This document shows positions 50,238 to 64,000 of a DNA stretch of 64,000 bases, one piece after another. The notes beneath the pieces were generated by a model. That model saw only the letters and a list, made by a program, of their open reading frames with translations, was not told the DNA's origin and did no database searches. Numbering within the stretch: position 1 is the first letter of the stretch; every line of letters starts with the position of its first letter. The DNA is from Octopus sinensis (lineage: Eukaryota). The DNA lies in assembly GCF_006345805.1 (NCBI RefSeq), contig NC_043005.1:30566001-30630000 (forward strand), written 5' to 3'. The position numbers and the translations under genes were made by a program.

Positions 50238-50354
50238 AGAATTTAAATGATCAAATACAGAAGAGAACGAACGAACATATCTACATACATACACACACAC
50301 ATACGCACGCAAACACGCACACGCGCGCGCGTATGTAAATATATACATCTATTT

Positions 50355-50790
50355 AAATAGGAAGGACGGTAGTGGGGGTTTGTTTGAATAGAGGATAGTG
50401 TTTTGAAGGAGAGATGAAGACCTTGCATACATCTCTGAGAGATAGCGATGAAATAATGTTGCAGGCTGCACTGAGTGAAAAGGTGATCATTGACAAGGGT
50501 GAGATCCCCCCCCCCCAGGAGTACAATATGAGGACTAACAGAGCGGGGATCGTGAACTGGAAAAAGAAAGTCCTACACGGAGAGTTTTTCCAACAAACAT
50601 TGGATAAAGCTGATGAAGAATCTTGGAGATGGTTAAAACATGGATTTTAAAAGAAAGAGACAGAAAGACTGATGCTTGCTGCTCAAGAACAAGGATTAAG
50701 AAATAACTTAATGAATACAGCATTGATAAGGTTGCAATATCACCTTTGTGTTGGCTATTTTTAAAAATCATATGAGACAGACATATGATT
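50355..50790 (+). mobile_element. R4/Dong-clade LINE internal fragment
   Basis: WKKKVLHGEF…SWRWLKHG…ETERLMLAAQEQGL. Confidence 0.72.
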
Positions 50791-50860
50791 ATTGGATGCA
50801 AGCATGCATACATACATACATACATACATACATACATACATACATACATACATACATACA

Positions 50861-50891
<31 letters not shown>

Positions 50892-50894
50892 GTA

Positions 50895-52175
50895 TTGGGT
50901 TGGCAACTAAGTTCCCGCCGTTTCTTAAAATTTTGGAATCTTTTTTTTTCCGAGAATTCTATTTTTGAATCATTTGGGAATCTATTTTGTTTTGTTTCTT
51001 TTTTCTAGTTAATTTTAATTATTTTTTGTCTATTTTCAGATCATTAAAATGGAATGTCAAGTTAAGAAAAAGGAACGTTTTCGACACGACCTTCTTTTTG
51101 CTTTTAATCAAGGTTCTAAGGCCGCAAAAGCTGCTCATGACATTTGTGCTGTGTATGGAGAGGGTGCCATAGCTGAAAGAACCGCTCGTGATTGGTATGC
51201 CAAATTCAAAAATGGAAAATTTGACCTCAAAGACGCACCTCATTCTGGTCGTCCAGTTCAGTTCGATGAAGAGCGATTATATCAACTTTTGCACGAAAAT
51301 TCTCGTCAAACGACAAGGGAACTGGCAGAGAAAACGGAATGCTCCCACACTGCTATAGAGAAGCATCCTCACACGATGGGAAAGGTTCAGAAGTATGGAG
51401 CATGAGTTCCGCATGCTTTAAGTGACAACAACAAAAATCAACGAGCCACAATCTCGCTGGTTTGCTTGCTCGTCACCGCTCAACTCGTGGACACAAACAA
51501 CGATTTCTTTACCGAATCGTTACTGGCGACGAAAAATGGTGCATGTACATCAATATGAAGCAGCGTAAGGAATGACTTAGCCCCGGTAAACAAGCAACAC
51601 TGCGATAGAAACAAGATCTTCATCCGCGTAAAACGATGTTGTGGGTATGGTGAGGCTGGGAAGGGATTATCCATTACGAATTGCTTGAACGGAACCAAAC
51701 GGTCAACGCGGAACTCTATGTTCAACAGATAGAACGACTCAACACGGCTATTCAAGAGAAAAGACCTAATCGTCAGCATAGAGTTCTTCTGCTGCATGAC
51801 AACGCCCGCCCTCATCTAGCCAATATGACCAAGGAAGCCGTTCAAACGCATGGTTGGGAAGTGCTGCCTCACCCGCTGTACTCTCCTGATTTGGCACCAA
51901 CGAATTTCCACCTCTTTCGATCTCTTTCAAATGCTATGCGCGGAGTTTTGTTCAATACTGATGCAGAATTGAGAGCTTGATTGGATCGATTTTTCGAGTC
52001 GAAATCGGGTGATTTCTACCAACGAGATATTGAAAATCTTGTTGAACATTGAGAAGAAGTTGTAAACAATAAGGGTGAATACATTATTAATTAATTAGTT
52101 GCTATTTTTTTTTATTAAACCCTTTAAAAATTTTAAATTAAAAAAAAAACGGTGAGAACTTAGTTGCCAACCTAA
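50895..52175 (+). mobile_element. Full-length mariner (1281 bp)
   Basis: TA-TTGGGTTGGCAACTAAGTT … AACTTAGTTGCCAACCTAA-TA. Confidence 0.95.
51049..52090 (+). pseudogene. Mariner DD34D transposase pseudogene
   Basis: HTH region, *VPHAL (WVPHxL), IVTGDEKW, LLHDNARPH, YSPDLAPTNFHLF. Several stops, a frameshift and the third Asp changed to Asn. Confidence 0.93.
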
Positions 52176-52736
52176 TACATACGTACGTACATATATACAT
52201 GCACGCACAAATAATATGTGTGTGACGGAGAGAAAGAAAGAGAGATGGCCGATGGTCACGTGGGAGCCACGTGAGCGAGAGAGAAAGAGTGAGGGAGAGA
52301 GAGTGACAGAGTAATAGGATAGAATAGTGGGAGGAGAGGAGGTACTCTCCGTTGTAGCTGGAACAAGGAAGACGTGTTCTTGTTTGTCTCTCCTATCCAC
52401 GCTTGATTTATGCGTTCGCCGTGACAATCGCGTTTAGGTTTTGCAGCCCTTCCTGTTTGTGTTACTTATTTTGATCCTCCACAAAATCACAAATTTTATT
52501 TAATTTGGTTTGCAGGAGCAACTGTTTTATCAAAAGTGTATATTGTTGATAAATGCTCAAAATATGAGAGTAGAAAAACAGCCAACAAGTGATGAAGGGT
52601 CGTTCTTTATGTTGTTTGTTTTTGTTTTCCATTTGTGTCTTCCGTTGTTCGACAGAATAGTTCATGTTCCATGTACTCGGGCTTCGTACTTTTTTGTTGT
52701 ACACGTTTCATGACGTCCTGTATGCATATATGCATA

Positions 52737-52828
<92 letters not shown>

Positions 52829-52889
52829 ATATACGTATAGATGTAAGTATGTACATATATGTATGTATATATGCATATTATATATATAC

Positions 52890-52945
<56 letters not shown>

Positions 52946-53038
52946 ATTTATGTATGTATGTATATATATTATTTATATTATTATACGATTGAACGCCACG
53001 CAGCCTCTTCCAAGTAAGTTTTACCTCTCTCTCTCTCT

Positions 53039-53138
<100 letters not shown>

Positions 53139-53754
53139 TACGTATTCTTAAAGAATAACAAAAAGTGTAAATTAAGTCTATAAATGACTTTGATAAGAGG
53201 AGAAAAATAACGATAGATGATGGTGACGTGGACTAGTGCTAAAATGGCAGTTGTGTGGTTCTGCGACAATAAAGGAACAATTAATCAAATTATTTATCAG
53301 ACAGGAAACTACATTGGGTGATTAATATTTCAAGGAGTGTACAGACATTTGGAAATGTCGACCAAATAAACTTAAATCACACCCATTAACCTATACATAA
53401 AACTCGTTAACATTTTTGTTTTACAATGAGAAATATTAAGTAGTTCATTTTTCTTTTTCATTATCTTTTTTTTTATTATATTTATCGGTTTTTGTCTGAA
53501 GGAGGGGGCATGTGGCCTTCACGTTCAATGGCTCTTCGGTTATTGTTCTAGGATATATATATATAGATATAGATATAGATAGATAGATATGAGATAACAA
53601 ATCCAAAGCTGTGAGGATTTTTCAGGACGTAATGTCATCATAATAAATGTATCATTATCGAATCAAGAATTTAACCACGGTCTATCCATGGCACTTACTT
53701 GGCGTTACCCGACACTCTTTGGGTCTTCTAGACACCAATACCTCTCATACCCTA

Positions 53755-53803
<49 letters not shown>

Positions 53804-53820
53804 ACACACACACACACACA

Positions 53821-54630
53821 CAGGGTGTAGAACCTCGCAGTGCAAGTGCACTTTAGTACCAGTAATTTGCTGTACGAGTCGAGGCTCGTGCGAGTTTTTG
53901 TCTTGAAGTACGAGCGGAAATCCACAATACGAGCGAGTCTCATACAAGCGACCGCTAGTTGGCGATGATCTCGCTCACGCTCTCCTAATAAGCGCAGCCT
54001 CTGCTCCCTCAGTTTACGCGTTTATCTCGTTGTAGCAGCATCCCTTTTGTGTTTTTACCACTGTTTCTTTTAGTTTTGCTTGCTTTTGCTATTATTTTAT
54101 AATTAGTTGTGTTAACCATGGGTCATAAGAAGGTCAGTGCAAGGGATAGTACTGACAGAATTGAAGAAGGAAATCATTAATAAACACGAGAGAGGAGTGT
54201 GTGTAGTGGACATAGCAGGTCAATACGACCGAAGCGCATCGACGATCTGCACCATCCTGAAGAAAAACGAGATCAAGGCCGTTATAACAACCAAAGGTTG
54301 TCTCCAGGCTCTCTAAGCAACGCACAGCTGTCCACGAAGAGATGGAAAAATTGCTTTTCCCGTGGATCAACGAGAAGCACCTCGCAGGGGATATGATGAC
54401 GGAAACCATCATCTGCGAGAAAGCACGAGCACTGTATGGGGATCTCCTGAAGCAGAACCCTTGAACATCGACGGAGGAGACATCAATAAATGCATTTAAG
54501 GCCAGTTGCGGCTGGTTTGATCATTTCAAGAAGAGGATTGGTGTTCATAGTATCACTAGATATGGAGAAGCGGCGAGATTTCGAAATTTCGTGCGTGAAT
54601 TCCGTCAGCTCATCGCAGTCGAAGGGTAGA
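53821..54630 (+). mobile_element. Tigger/pogo-like transposon, 5' half
   Basis: ELKKEIINKHERG…STICTILK, EEMEKLL…WINEK…IICEKARALY, FKASCGWFDHFKKR (CENP-B-type HTH), disrupted. Confidence 0.85.
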
Positions 54631-55010
54631 TCGCACAATTGAAGTAGGCTGGATGGTATATCAGCTGAAACGTGTTAACAACAAACAAAATGAGGACAAA
54701 TATCCGACGAGTGTAAATAATGTAAATAATCCACATTTTATCCAAGTACCCAAAGGACCCAACACTCAGACAAATACAGGAGTACGTCCTCATAAATGAA
54801 ACATCCCCAGTACTAAATAGGAAATATACGTTGTAGAGAATCATACCCCCATACCCACAGTTTATATTTATACACAGGTAGAATAGTTAGTGAAACATCT
54901 GTCTGCCTCTTATTCCTCCTCCCCTCTTTCAGTTTCTATTATTTCATGCACGCACACACACACATGTTTGTGTGTGTGTAAGTATATGTGTGTATAAGTG
55001 TATGTGCATA

Positions 55011-55405
55011 TCTTTATATATAAAAGTAAGGTTGTGTGCTGTCTGTCTCCTACGATTTAGATTCCTAACTACTCCCACATTTTGCGGTGCAGTTTAACCA
55101 AAACCGGGTATCTTATAGTCGTGATTCATATCGAGCCCTTCTGGGTATTAGCGCGCGTCTACGATGAGTCTACGATTTAAAAAAAAATTTACCATCAATT
55201 TTTCCCATTTTTAATGCATTTTTGGCATATATAAGGGAAGTAACTCTCTAAAAATTTATTAAATCTCAGAACGTAAAAAGCTTCAGTAACACCCCCCCCC
55301 TTTGTGGTTAGCCATATTGAGATGGCTATTATACTTTACATCTCTAAAAATGCTTATATAGTTATTTCCCTTACAAACCCGAGCAACGCCGGGCGATACT
55401 GCTAG
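55011..55405 (+). mobile_element. Non-autonomous Helitron
   Basis: A^TC start, subterminal hairpin CCCGAGCAACGCCGGG, CTAG^T end. Further copies at 61190-61571 (+) and 59935-60027 (-, 3' end). Confidence 0.88.
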
Positions 55406-56050
55406 TATATATATATATACCATACATTTTTTTAGCTAGGAGTATTAAATTGTAATAATGTTTGTCGTTTTTATAAAGTGTCAAGAAACTTTCGGCTCCT
55501 TGACATATTTTTAAGCGTTTCTTAAATGTTAACATTTAAATAAAATTTACTACAAGAACTCACACCAATATTCTGAGCCTCCTCTTCCCCTCTCACTCGT
55601 TCTTTCTCTCTTCTCGCCTTCCTCTTTCTCACTTCTTCTCTCCCCACTTACTCGCATTTCTTCTCTCGCTCTTCCTTTCTTTTCTGTCTCTCTCCTTATT
55701 TACTCTCATTCCCCCCTTCCGATCTTTCTATTTTCCCTCCAGTTGTCTTTTTACACTAAACTGCCATGTAAACAGACATCGTAAATTAGGTATTGTTTCT
55801 ATTTCTTTTCCCCTCATCTCGCTTATTTCTTCTCCTTCCTTTTGATAAAGGATGTAACTCGAAATAATGAACCTTCTATTTCTTACTTTGCCACATTTAT
55901 TTTCACTGCACACATTCTTTGATTGCAGTTCGTTCCTTTTATATTTCTCTGCTCTTTTCACCGCGTCTTTGATGTGTCTATATTTATTTATTCGTCGCCT
56001 CCACTTCTCATAATCTTCTTCGTTTTATGTGTGTTGTGTGTGTGTGTGTG

Positions 56051-56095
<45 letters not shown>

Positions 56096-57243
56096 CGTGT
56101 GCGTGTTTATATGTACGTTTAAAACGGCGAACCAGCAGAATCATTTGCTCATCGGACAAAATGTTTTACGTTCTGAGTTCGAACCCCATCGCGGTCAACT
56201 TTGTCTTATATCCCCCACGAGGTCGATAAAGTAGAATACCTGTCAAATACTGGGATCGATATTTTTCCCCACCCCTCTCAAAATTTCTCCCCTGGCACCC
56301 TGCAACTACGCACGCACACACACACATACACACACACACATGGGTGCAGGCATAGGTGGCATTGTATATGTGTATCTATTACATGCTAAATTTCTTGAAT
56401 GTTTTACGTATTTTGACAGTGCTTTGACAGCTTGGATTTGTAATTCCCTGATTAAATTCTTTGTGATTTTTTCCCAGTAACTCAAGATTATTTCTGAGGC
56501 TGTTAGTCACGTATCCAAGAATCCCGGTAACGATTCGTAGAAATCTAAAGCTATCGTCCGGTTGCAATAATTGACGCCATTTTTTTTTTATCAGTTCGAG
56601 ATATTTTCTTTTTTTCACTTATCTTTCACTTTATGTAAACATCTGTTGGGTAACTGATTTCAAGTGTTGTACATATGTATGCTTGTATGTGTATATGTGT
56701 ATGCATATCTGATTATGTGTGTGAGTCCATGTCTATATGCATGTATGTATGTATGTATGTATGTATGTATGTATGTATGTATGTATGTATGTATGCATGC
56801 ATGTATGTATGTATGCATGTATGTATGCATGTATGTATGTATGTATGTATGCGTGCATGTATGAATGTGTGTACACACACGCACACATATACAAGAGTTA
56901 AGAGATGGACTAGATAAGGTCCGGGCTATATATGTTTCATAGCAAGTGGAACCGTGGAAGTGGTAAATATCCAAGTGAGGTGTATACCCCAGGGTACTCT
57001 TCAGACTAAAGATATCTAGTAGCGTACCGTGAAATATATAAAGACCTTTTTTCAATTTATCGTACTTTCATAAGAAAAAATCCACAACTTTCCGTCTCAA
57101 TAAACCACAGTTGTTCCTGAAATTTGTTTTTTTAATATTAACTACGGTTTGCTTCTTGAAGCTAACTTTCTTCCTACACCTTGATCCTTAGATCTTATAT
57201 ATATATATGTGTATGTATGTATATTATATATATATTATATATA

Positions 57244-57285
<42 letters not shown>

Positions 57286-57287
57286 AT

Positions 57288-57321
<34 letters not shown>

Positions 57322-57331
<10 letters not shown>

Positions 57332-57997
57332 GTATAGGAAAGAATGGAGCTGAACGAAGATTTAACAAAATTCCTTATTTTATTTTCGACATATGTTTCG
57401 AAGTCTGCAAAGTCCCTAATTCCGATTGAATAAGGAGTCCATTTTGCAGCTTTCTCTTCAGGAAAATCTAGGAACTTAATTCTCCAACAAAATGCACAAC
57501 AAGCTTTTCGACAAACGCTCACGAGGAGCCCATGAAATTAATGATACAAACTGTCTATCTATATGCGTTGACGCCAGATTGGATGAAAGCAGAAGAGATT
57601 GTCCGTTGAGATAGTTCAAGGTCAGAATCCGGTTAGCAGAAGGGGGGTACAGGAAAATCAAAGAGTGTGAATGTATTCTGTATGACTGGTGTTTATATTT
57701 GATTTATTTTAAGAATGAGTGCTAGAGTGCACAAAAAAATCTGTGCCCTTTGTAACTCCGAACTATTTCATATTTTGTTCGCCCGAGGGCAGCTTGTTAA
57801 CTCGATTGTGCAGAATTCTTTCAGATGCCTCCACTGGAAAAGGCATACCTTTCTCTCATAAGAGAAAGCTGCAAAATGGACTCCTTATTCAATCGGAATT
57901 AGGGACTTTGCAGACTTCGAAACATATGTCGAAAATAAAATAAAGGAATTTTGTTAAATCTTCGTTCAGCTCCATTCTTTCCTATACTTAATATATA
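57322..57997. mobile_element. Inverted repeat (Penelope pLTR-like) in (TA)n
   Basis: Arms 57322-57458 and 57860-57997; the plus arm continues to AATAAA and (TA)n at about 58147. Confidence 0.9.
57382..57467 (-). ncRNA. Canonical type I hammerhead fold with extended stem II
   Basis: AUUUUC-CUGAAGA-GAA..CUGCAAA…UUUGCAG..UUC-GAAAC AUAU GUC^GAAAAU. Confidence 0.85.
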
Positions 57998-58142
57998 AAA
58001 CTTCAAATTTCCGCACTAAGGCACGGATTTTATGCCCCATGGTCGTAACTTCAACCGTGCCCTTTCTGTTGTGATTTTTGCTACCCAGGTATCGGTTATC
58101 GTTTGAATTATCCGTAATAAGATAATTAATTTATCTACTTCA

Positions 58143-58219
<77 letters not shown>

Positions 58220-58222
<3 letters not shown>

Positions 58223-58510
58223 AGGTATAGCAGCAAAACTGTCACGCTCATAAATCATCCTTTCATCCTTCTGGTGTCCAAATCCCAACGCCGCCACCAC
58301 ACCCCCAGATCTACACAAATCGCCACGTCCAATCCTTCTTCCCCAGAACGCCACCCGACGGAATTCCCTTCCTGAGAGTGCCTTACCCACAGATGTTGAA
58401 TTTACAAAACTTCAAGAGAAAAATTAACGGCATCACAATCTTTGGGATAGGAGGGTCTGCAGAGGACATGGGTTCTACTGCTTCCGCTCCATGTCTGTCT
58501 GTCCGTCACA
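58220..58510 (+). mobile_element. CR1/Jockey-like LINE 3' fragment
   Basis: QSFFPRT…NSLP…NLQNFKRKIN remnants. Confidence 0.5.
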
Positions 58511-58628
58511 ACATCTATAAGAGTGAAAGAAAAGAGAGGAATCAAAATATAAGTCACAATGAATTTTTAGAAGGGGAGAAGAAAAAGTTGTTAAGAGAGA
58601 ACTAGAATATTTTGTGTGTGTGTATGTA

Positions 58629-58716
<88 letters not shown>

Positions 58717-59527
58717 TGTTGTCACCATCGTAACTAACAAGTCTTGAAAGATATTAATTTTCACTGTTTATGTGTGTGCACGCATGTATTCTTCAATGTG
58801 CGTGTGTGTGTGCGCGCGTGTATTTCGGAGTGGGGCGCGTTTCTGTGTCTTTCATCACGTAAAAAAAACGCAATACAGACTTTAAAAAAAGGCTTTCACT
58901 TTGAATAAAAGATGAGGAGAAGGTTGTTACCGAGAGAGAGAAAGAGAGAGAGGGGGGAGAAAGAGAGAGGGAGAGACATAGATATGTTTCTTTATTAGCC
59001 ACACAGGGCTGCACACAGACAGGACAAAATTACAAGGTAGAGCTTTTCTTTTGGGGGTAAAAGAAGGGGGTTTGGTTTTCGATCAAAGGGGATCATAAAT
59101 GGAGAGAAAGAGGACAAAAAAGGGGGGGATAAAATAAGAGACATAGATAGAAATTGTCACCACAGCAACTAACAAGTTTTGATTAGAAACGCGGCAATTT
59201 AAGTGCGAGTCTCAACACAATGGAACGCAAATGTCAAAACACGACTCTGTGTGTGTGTGTGTGTGTGTGTGTGCGGCGCGCGTGTGTGTGTGTGTGTGTG
59301 TGCGCGCGCGCGTGCGTGTGTGTGTGTGTGTATGCTTCTGTATGTCTTTCAACTTATAGACCCTAACTTCAAAAAAGTAAGTATATATATGGAGTGGCTG
59401 TATGGTAAGAAGCTTGCTTCCAAACCATTTGGTTCCGGGTTCAGTACCACTGCGTGGCATCTTTGGCAAGTGTCTTCTACTAAAGCCTTGAGTGGATCTG
59501 GTAGACAGAAACTGAAAGAAGCTCGCC

Positions 59528-59581
<54 letters not shown>

Positions 59582-61189
59582 AAGTAAAAAAATACAAACT
59601 GGGACAAGAACGTGAAGCATTTAGAAGACGACACAAAAAACACGGACGGGACATTCGAAGCCTTCAATCTTCAGTCAAGAACCGGATCATCTTCGCAATT
59701 TTGGCTGGTCGCCATGATAGATCGTTAGCCACTACACACATTTTTTTCTCTCCTTGTTTTTTCTGTGTCCCTTTCTGTAGAAGAACGTAGGCTCGAAACG
59801 TAAAAGACTTTTTCTATTCCTGAGCGTTATACTAATACATCTGTTTGTTTTGTACACCACCTGTCTTCGTCTTTTGTTTTTTTCGTAAACTCTCCCTATA
59901 TATATACACACACACACACATATATATATATATACAAGCAGTATCGCCCGGCGTTGCTCGGGTTTGTAAGGGAAATAACTATATAAGCATTTTTAGAGAG
60001 TTATAGCCAAAAAATAGCAAAAAAATGGGATCTTTTCAGTTTGAAGGCCAGATTTTCTTAGTTAACTAAACAATTTGAAACTTCGTATACTGGTAGAATG
60101 TGTCAAAAGAAAACATAATTGTAACCCAAAATGAAAACGGAATTGTAATTTCTAAGTTTAACGTTGTTTAATAATTCGAATTTTAACCAATGATATTCTT
60201 TCTTTCGACCTCATATTATTTACTGCCTCTCAAAATATTGTTACTGTGACGTAAACAGCTATTTTGTGACGTAGTTAACGTAAACATGTAAACAGACCCA
60301 CAGATTCGTTTGTAACGTAAACATCCGTTCATCGTAAATAGCTAAATTCGCTTGGCATCGTACACAGCTTTTTCAGTTCCCTAGAATTATATTTCAAAGA
60401 AAAGAAAAAGAAAAAGATTCATACGCATAAATATCCATCCTTAGACATCAGAAAATGAGTGTTTAAATTATTTTCCATTGTTTGCATTGCTTACACACAC
60501 ACACATACATACATACACACATACTAAAATTACATCGTTGGAGCAGTAATTTATTTATATATTTTTTGTTATACAATTTATTTTAAAGCTGAATCCCTAT
60601 CCTGCCATTAACCCCTTTCTTATAAAATAGTTGAAGAATCTGGGGTGTAGGTATTGGGCCAGTATTGGAACTTTTAACTTCTTGCTCTCTATCTTATGAT
60701 CTCCGAAATTTAAGAATCTTGTGTTAACTCGGCTCTTATTATTACTCTGACTCTGCCACCACCTCAATGCAAAGACTATCAATATCAGAATCATCTTCAC
60801 AACCATTACTACAACCTCGAATGCCACCACCACAACCATCTTCTGCAACCACAACCCCAAGATCAATACCAGCATCATATTCAAAATCACCAATTTCACC
60901 ACCACTACACTCTGCAATGTCTTCAACTCTACCATCCATGAGACATCCTAACATAATCAATGCTACTACCACTATCATCATCATTATCATCATCCACTGC
61001 CGCCACACCACCACCACCTCTACAAAAACACCAACACTATAATTTCTGCCATCATACACATCCACTGTCACACTACACCACCACTGCCATGATAACCACA
61101 TCTACCACCTCCAACACCATTGCCACCACTATCTATGAGAACATCCTAAGTTAGAAACTACTTTCACTTTCTAGTTGCTCTTTGAGTTT

Positions 61190-61571
61190 TCTTATATATA
61201 AAAGAGAGGTTGTGTGTCTGTCTCGTACGATATAGATTCCTAACTACTCCCACATTTTGCGGTGCAGTTAACCAAAACCGGGTATCTTATAGTCGTGATT
61301 CATATCGAGGCCCTTCTGGGTATTAGCGCGCGTCTACGATTTAAAAAAAATTACCATAAATTTTTTCCATTTTAATGCATTTTTCGATATTATATAAGGG
61401 AAGTAACTCTCTAAAAATGTCTACGATGAGTCAACGATTTAAAAAAAAAAATTTACCATCATTTTTTCCATTTTAATGCATTTTTTTTTGCTATTTTTGG
61501 CTATAACTCTCTAAAAATGCTTATATAGTTATTTCCCTTACAAACCCGAGCACGCCGGGCGATACTGCTAG
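61190..61571 (+). mobile_element. Non-autonomous Helitron copy
   Basis: Colinear with 55011-55405; TC…CTAG ends; internal duplication. Confidence 0.85.
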
Positions 61572-62069
61572 TTATATCTATCTATCTCTCTAAAAGATGC
61601 AAAGCAAGTAGCATTAAATGGTGAATGGATGTGAGCAGAAAGAGAGTAAGTTCCATTCCAGTTTACAATAATTATAGAATTATTCTCAAACCATAAATGA
61701 AGGGGGAGAGGAGTGAAGAGGAGTCTGTTTCCTCTGGGGGGTTACAGAAGTAATAAGCACTGAAAAGTGGAGTTTGCGTTATTATTTTTGTTTCATAGTT
61801 TACAATTATTTCTACAAATTCATTTTGACTTATCTTCAATCATGTTTAAAACGTGACCGCTGTGCCGTCCACTATAAAACATTGATTAATGTCTATATTT
61901 AAGCGATAGACAAACACTTCAGCATATTATTTTTTGTAGAGAGTTGCGAGGGATCATTTCTATGAACGGAGTATCTGTACAACGGATATGACTACATCAT
62001 TATTGTGGAGTCGTTTTAAAAACACGATGCAAGATTAAGTCAACATGGAATTTTTGAAACAATCATAAA

Positions 62070-62240
62070 TTGTTCTATATTTTAGAGATGAGGAATTCTG
62101 TACAATATTTACATTTTTACATTGGACGGATATTTGTCCTCATCTTGTTTGTTGCTACCACAAAATTTCGGCTGATTTACTCTCCAGCCTTCATCAGGTG
62201 TCCTGGTAGAATTTTGAATCCAACCCTAGGTTCTAAGGTG
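62070..62240 (-). repeat. 3' part of the tRNA-hammerhead repeat family
   Basis: GACAC-CTGATGA-A-GGCTG…CAGCC-GAAA at 62158-62202. Another fragment lies at about 54645-54732 (+). Confidence 0.78.
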
Positions 62241-62671
62241 CCACGCAGTGTGAATGAACCGAAACTATGTGGCTGGTATGGCCGGTCAGGGAGTCACCTT
62301 TGCTTCGCGCCTTTTACGTTCTTAGCGTGGGAGACGTCTATATTGCTAAGAGTATAAAAAGTGTGAAAACAATGGTAACGTAACGTGACTGGTCGTAAAC
62401 CACAAACTACATAGATATTACTACGATATATCTAAAAAAAACATTTACTGTCTCAGTCATTCGACATATTCTATCGGTTAATTTCGTCGAACTTCTAAGT
62501 TGCGGGGATGGAAAGGAAGTCAACAAGCGGTTGTCTGGGACAAGCACGAAGCTAGCCCCCTCCGGCCCACAAACACGTAATATACGACGGGCTTTTTTCA
62601 GTTTCCATCGTCCAATCTATTTGACCTAGTGACAGGCAGCAAAACTTCTTGTCACACAGTCACTCCTACGC

Positions 62672-62752
<81 letters not shown>

Positions 62753-62937
62753 ATATATACACGTCCCCGTAGCTTAGCGTTTTGGAAAAGAAACCGATAG
62801 AATAAGTGCTAGGGTTCCAAAGAGTAAGTTCTGGGGTCGATTTCTATAACTAAAAAACCTTCAAACTCTGCTTGTTGTTCTTTCACCTGTCTTCGTCGTT
62901 TGTTTTCTGTAAATTTGAACTACACACACACACAACG

Positions 62938-62980
<43 letters not shown>

Positions 62981-63466
62981 ACACACACGCACACATACAC
63001 ACGCACACACACACATATATATAGGTAAAAGATTAATGAGTGCGTGCGTTACATAAATAATATCTTCAGGATTAAATAAAAAGACAACAAACGGAAAATA
63101 TGGCATATCTATATATATATATAATTAAAAATAAACGTATTGTAAATAAACAAACGAACACATAAAATGCACAGGCGAACAGAAAAACACACAAGGTCAC
63201 AAATTCTTCATCAGTATCAGCAAGAGGAGGAGTCAAACGCAATTTCGGGCATTATCGATACTATTGTTTCTTCGCTGTTCGCAAAAAAGTTCGTATTCCA
63301 TATTTTCGTATTTCGTATTTCTGTTGTTTACCTTCTGTGACGTCCTGAACCCACATATGCATATGTATATACATATATATGTAAGTATATATACACCGTA
63401 CATACATACATACATACATACATACATACACAACATACATACATACATACATACATACTACATACA

Positions 63467-63559
<93 letters not shown>

Positions 63560-64000
63560 CATTATCTATAAACATTACAATTGTTTCGACACATTTTTAC
63601 ACTTGTTCATTGGTGAGATGTTGTGTAATAATTATCACCAATTCAAGGTGTGAAATGCACCTTCTTTGAGTAAGACTTTATACGAGCTTATATAGCATAC
63701 CACAAGGGTTTTACCCGTATATTACTCGCGTATGTGTGTATATGTATAAAAGCGGAGCAAGACTACACACGAAGACAGAAAGTATCGCTGAAGAGTTCAC
63801 AGAGGTGTGACGAAAGATTTCCGGACGATAAACATAAATTAGAATAAGAACAGTAATAAATGAGTGAAAAGGGAATTATAGTGCGCCTGTTATTTGGCAA
63901 AAAGAGGGAAAAAATAACTATCTCGGAATACAACAATATCTGTTCAACGCACGGTTTCACATCAAGAATCTTGCAGCACACATATATAAAAGGATATATT

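Noticed and set aside
60740-61140. Thr/Pro/Val-rich ORFs here and at 30490-30900
   Set aside because: Degenerate (ACC)/(ATC) low-complexity tracts with no splice or domain support.
63570-63675. GAAAC-AAUU-GUA with a long hairpin (minus); similar half-motifs near 22275 and 42920
   Set aside because: No recognisable core or stem I partner; at best decayed relics.

Overview
AT-rich, microsatellite-dense eukaryotic DNA. The repeat landscape ((TA)n/(CA)n/(GATA)n arrays, tRNA-derived SINEs, RTE LINEs with (GAT)n tails) suggests an octopus/cephalopod genome (inference). The left half holds five minus-strand coding exons (16333-16441, 12435-12593, 11045-11189, 6427-6574, 120-205) with canonical GT-AG sites and matching phases. 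They splice into the N-terminus (lasso/L0 plus start of TMD1) of an ABCC5/MRP5-like ABC transporter that runs off the left edge. The rest is intron and intergenic DNA filled with SINEs, LINE fragments (RTE, R4/Dong, Penelope, CR1-like), mariner/maT/Tigger relics, Helitrons and MITEs. The main unannotated signal is a set of at least six unrelated short repeat families, each carrying a type I hammerhead ribozyme fold. Most lie in Penelope-style inverted arrangements at microsatellites. Three versions of the catalytic 3-8 pair occur (C3-G8, U3-A8, G3-C8), and one family fuses a tRNA-like Pol III head to the hammerhead. All folds were read by eye and are untested.
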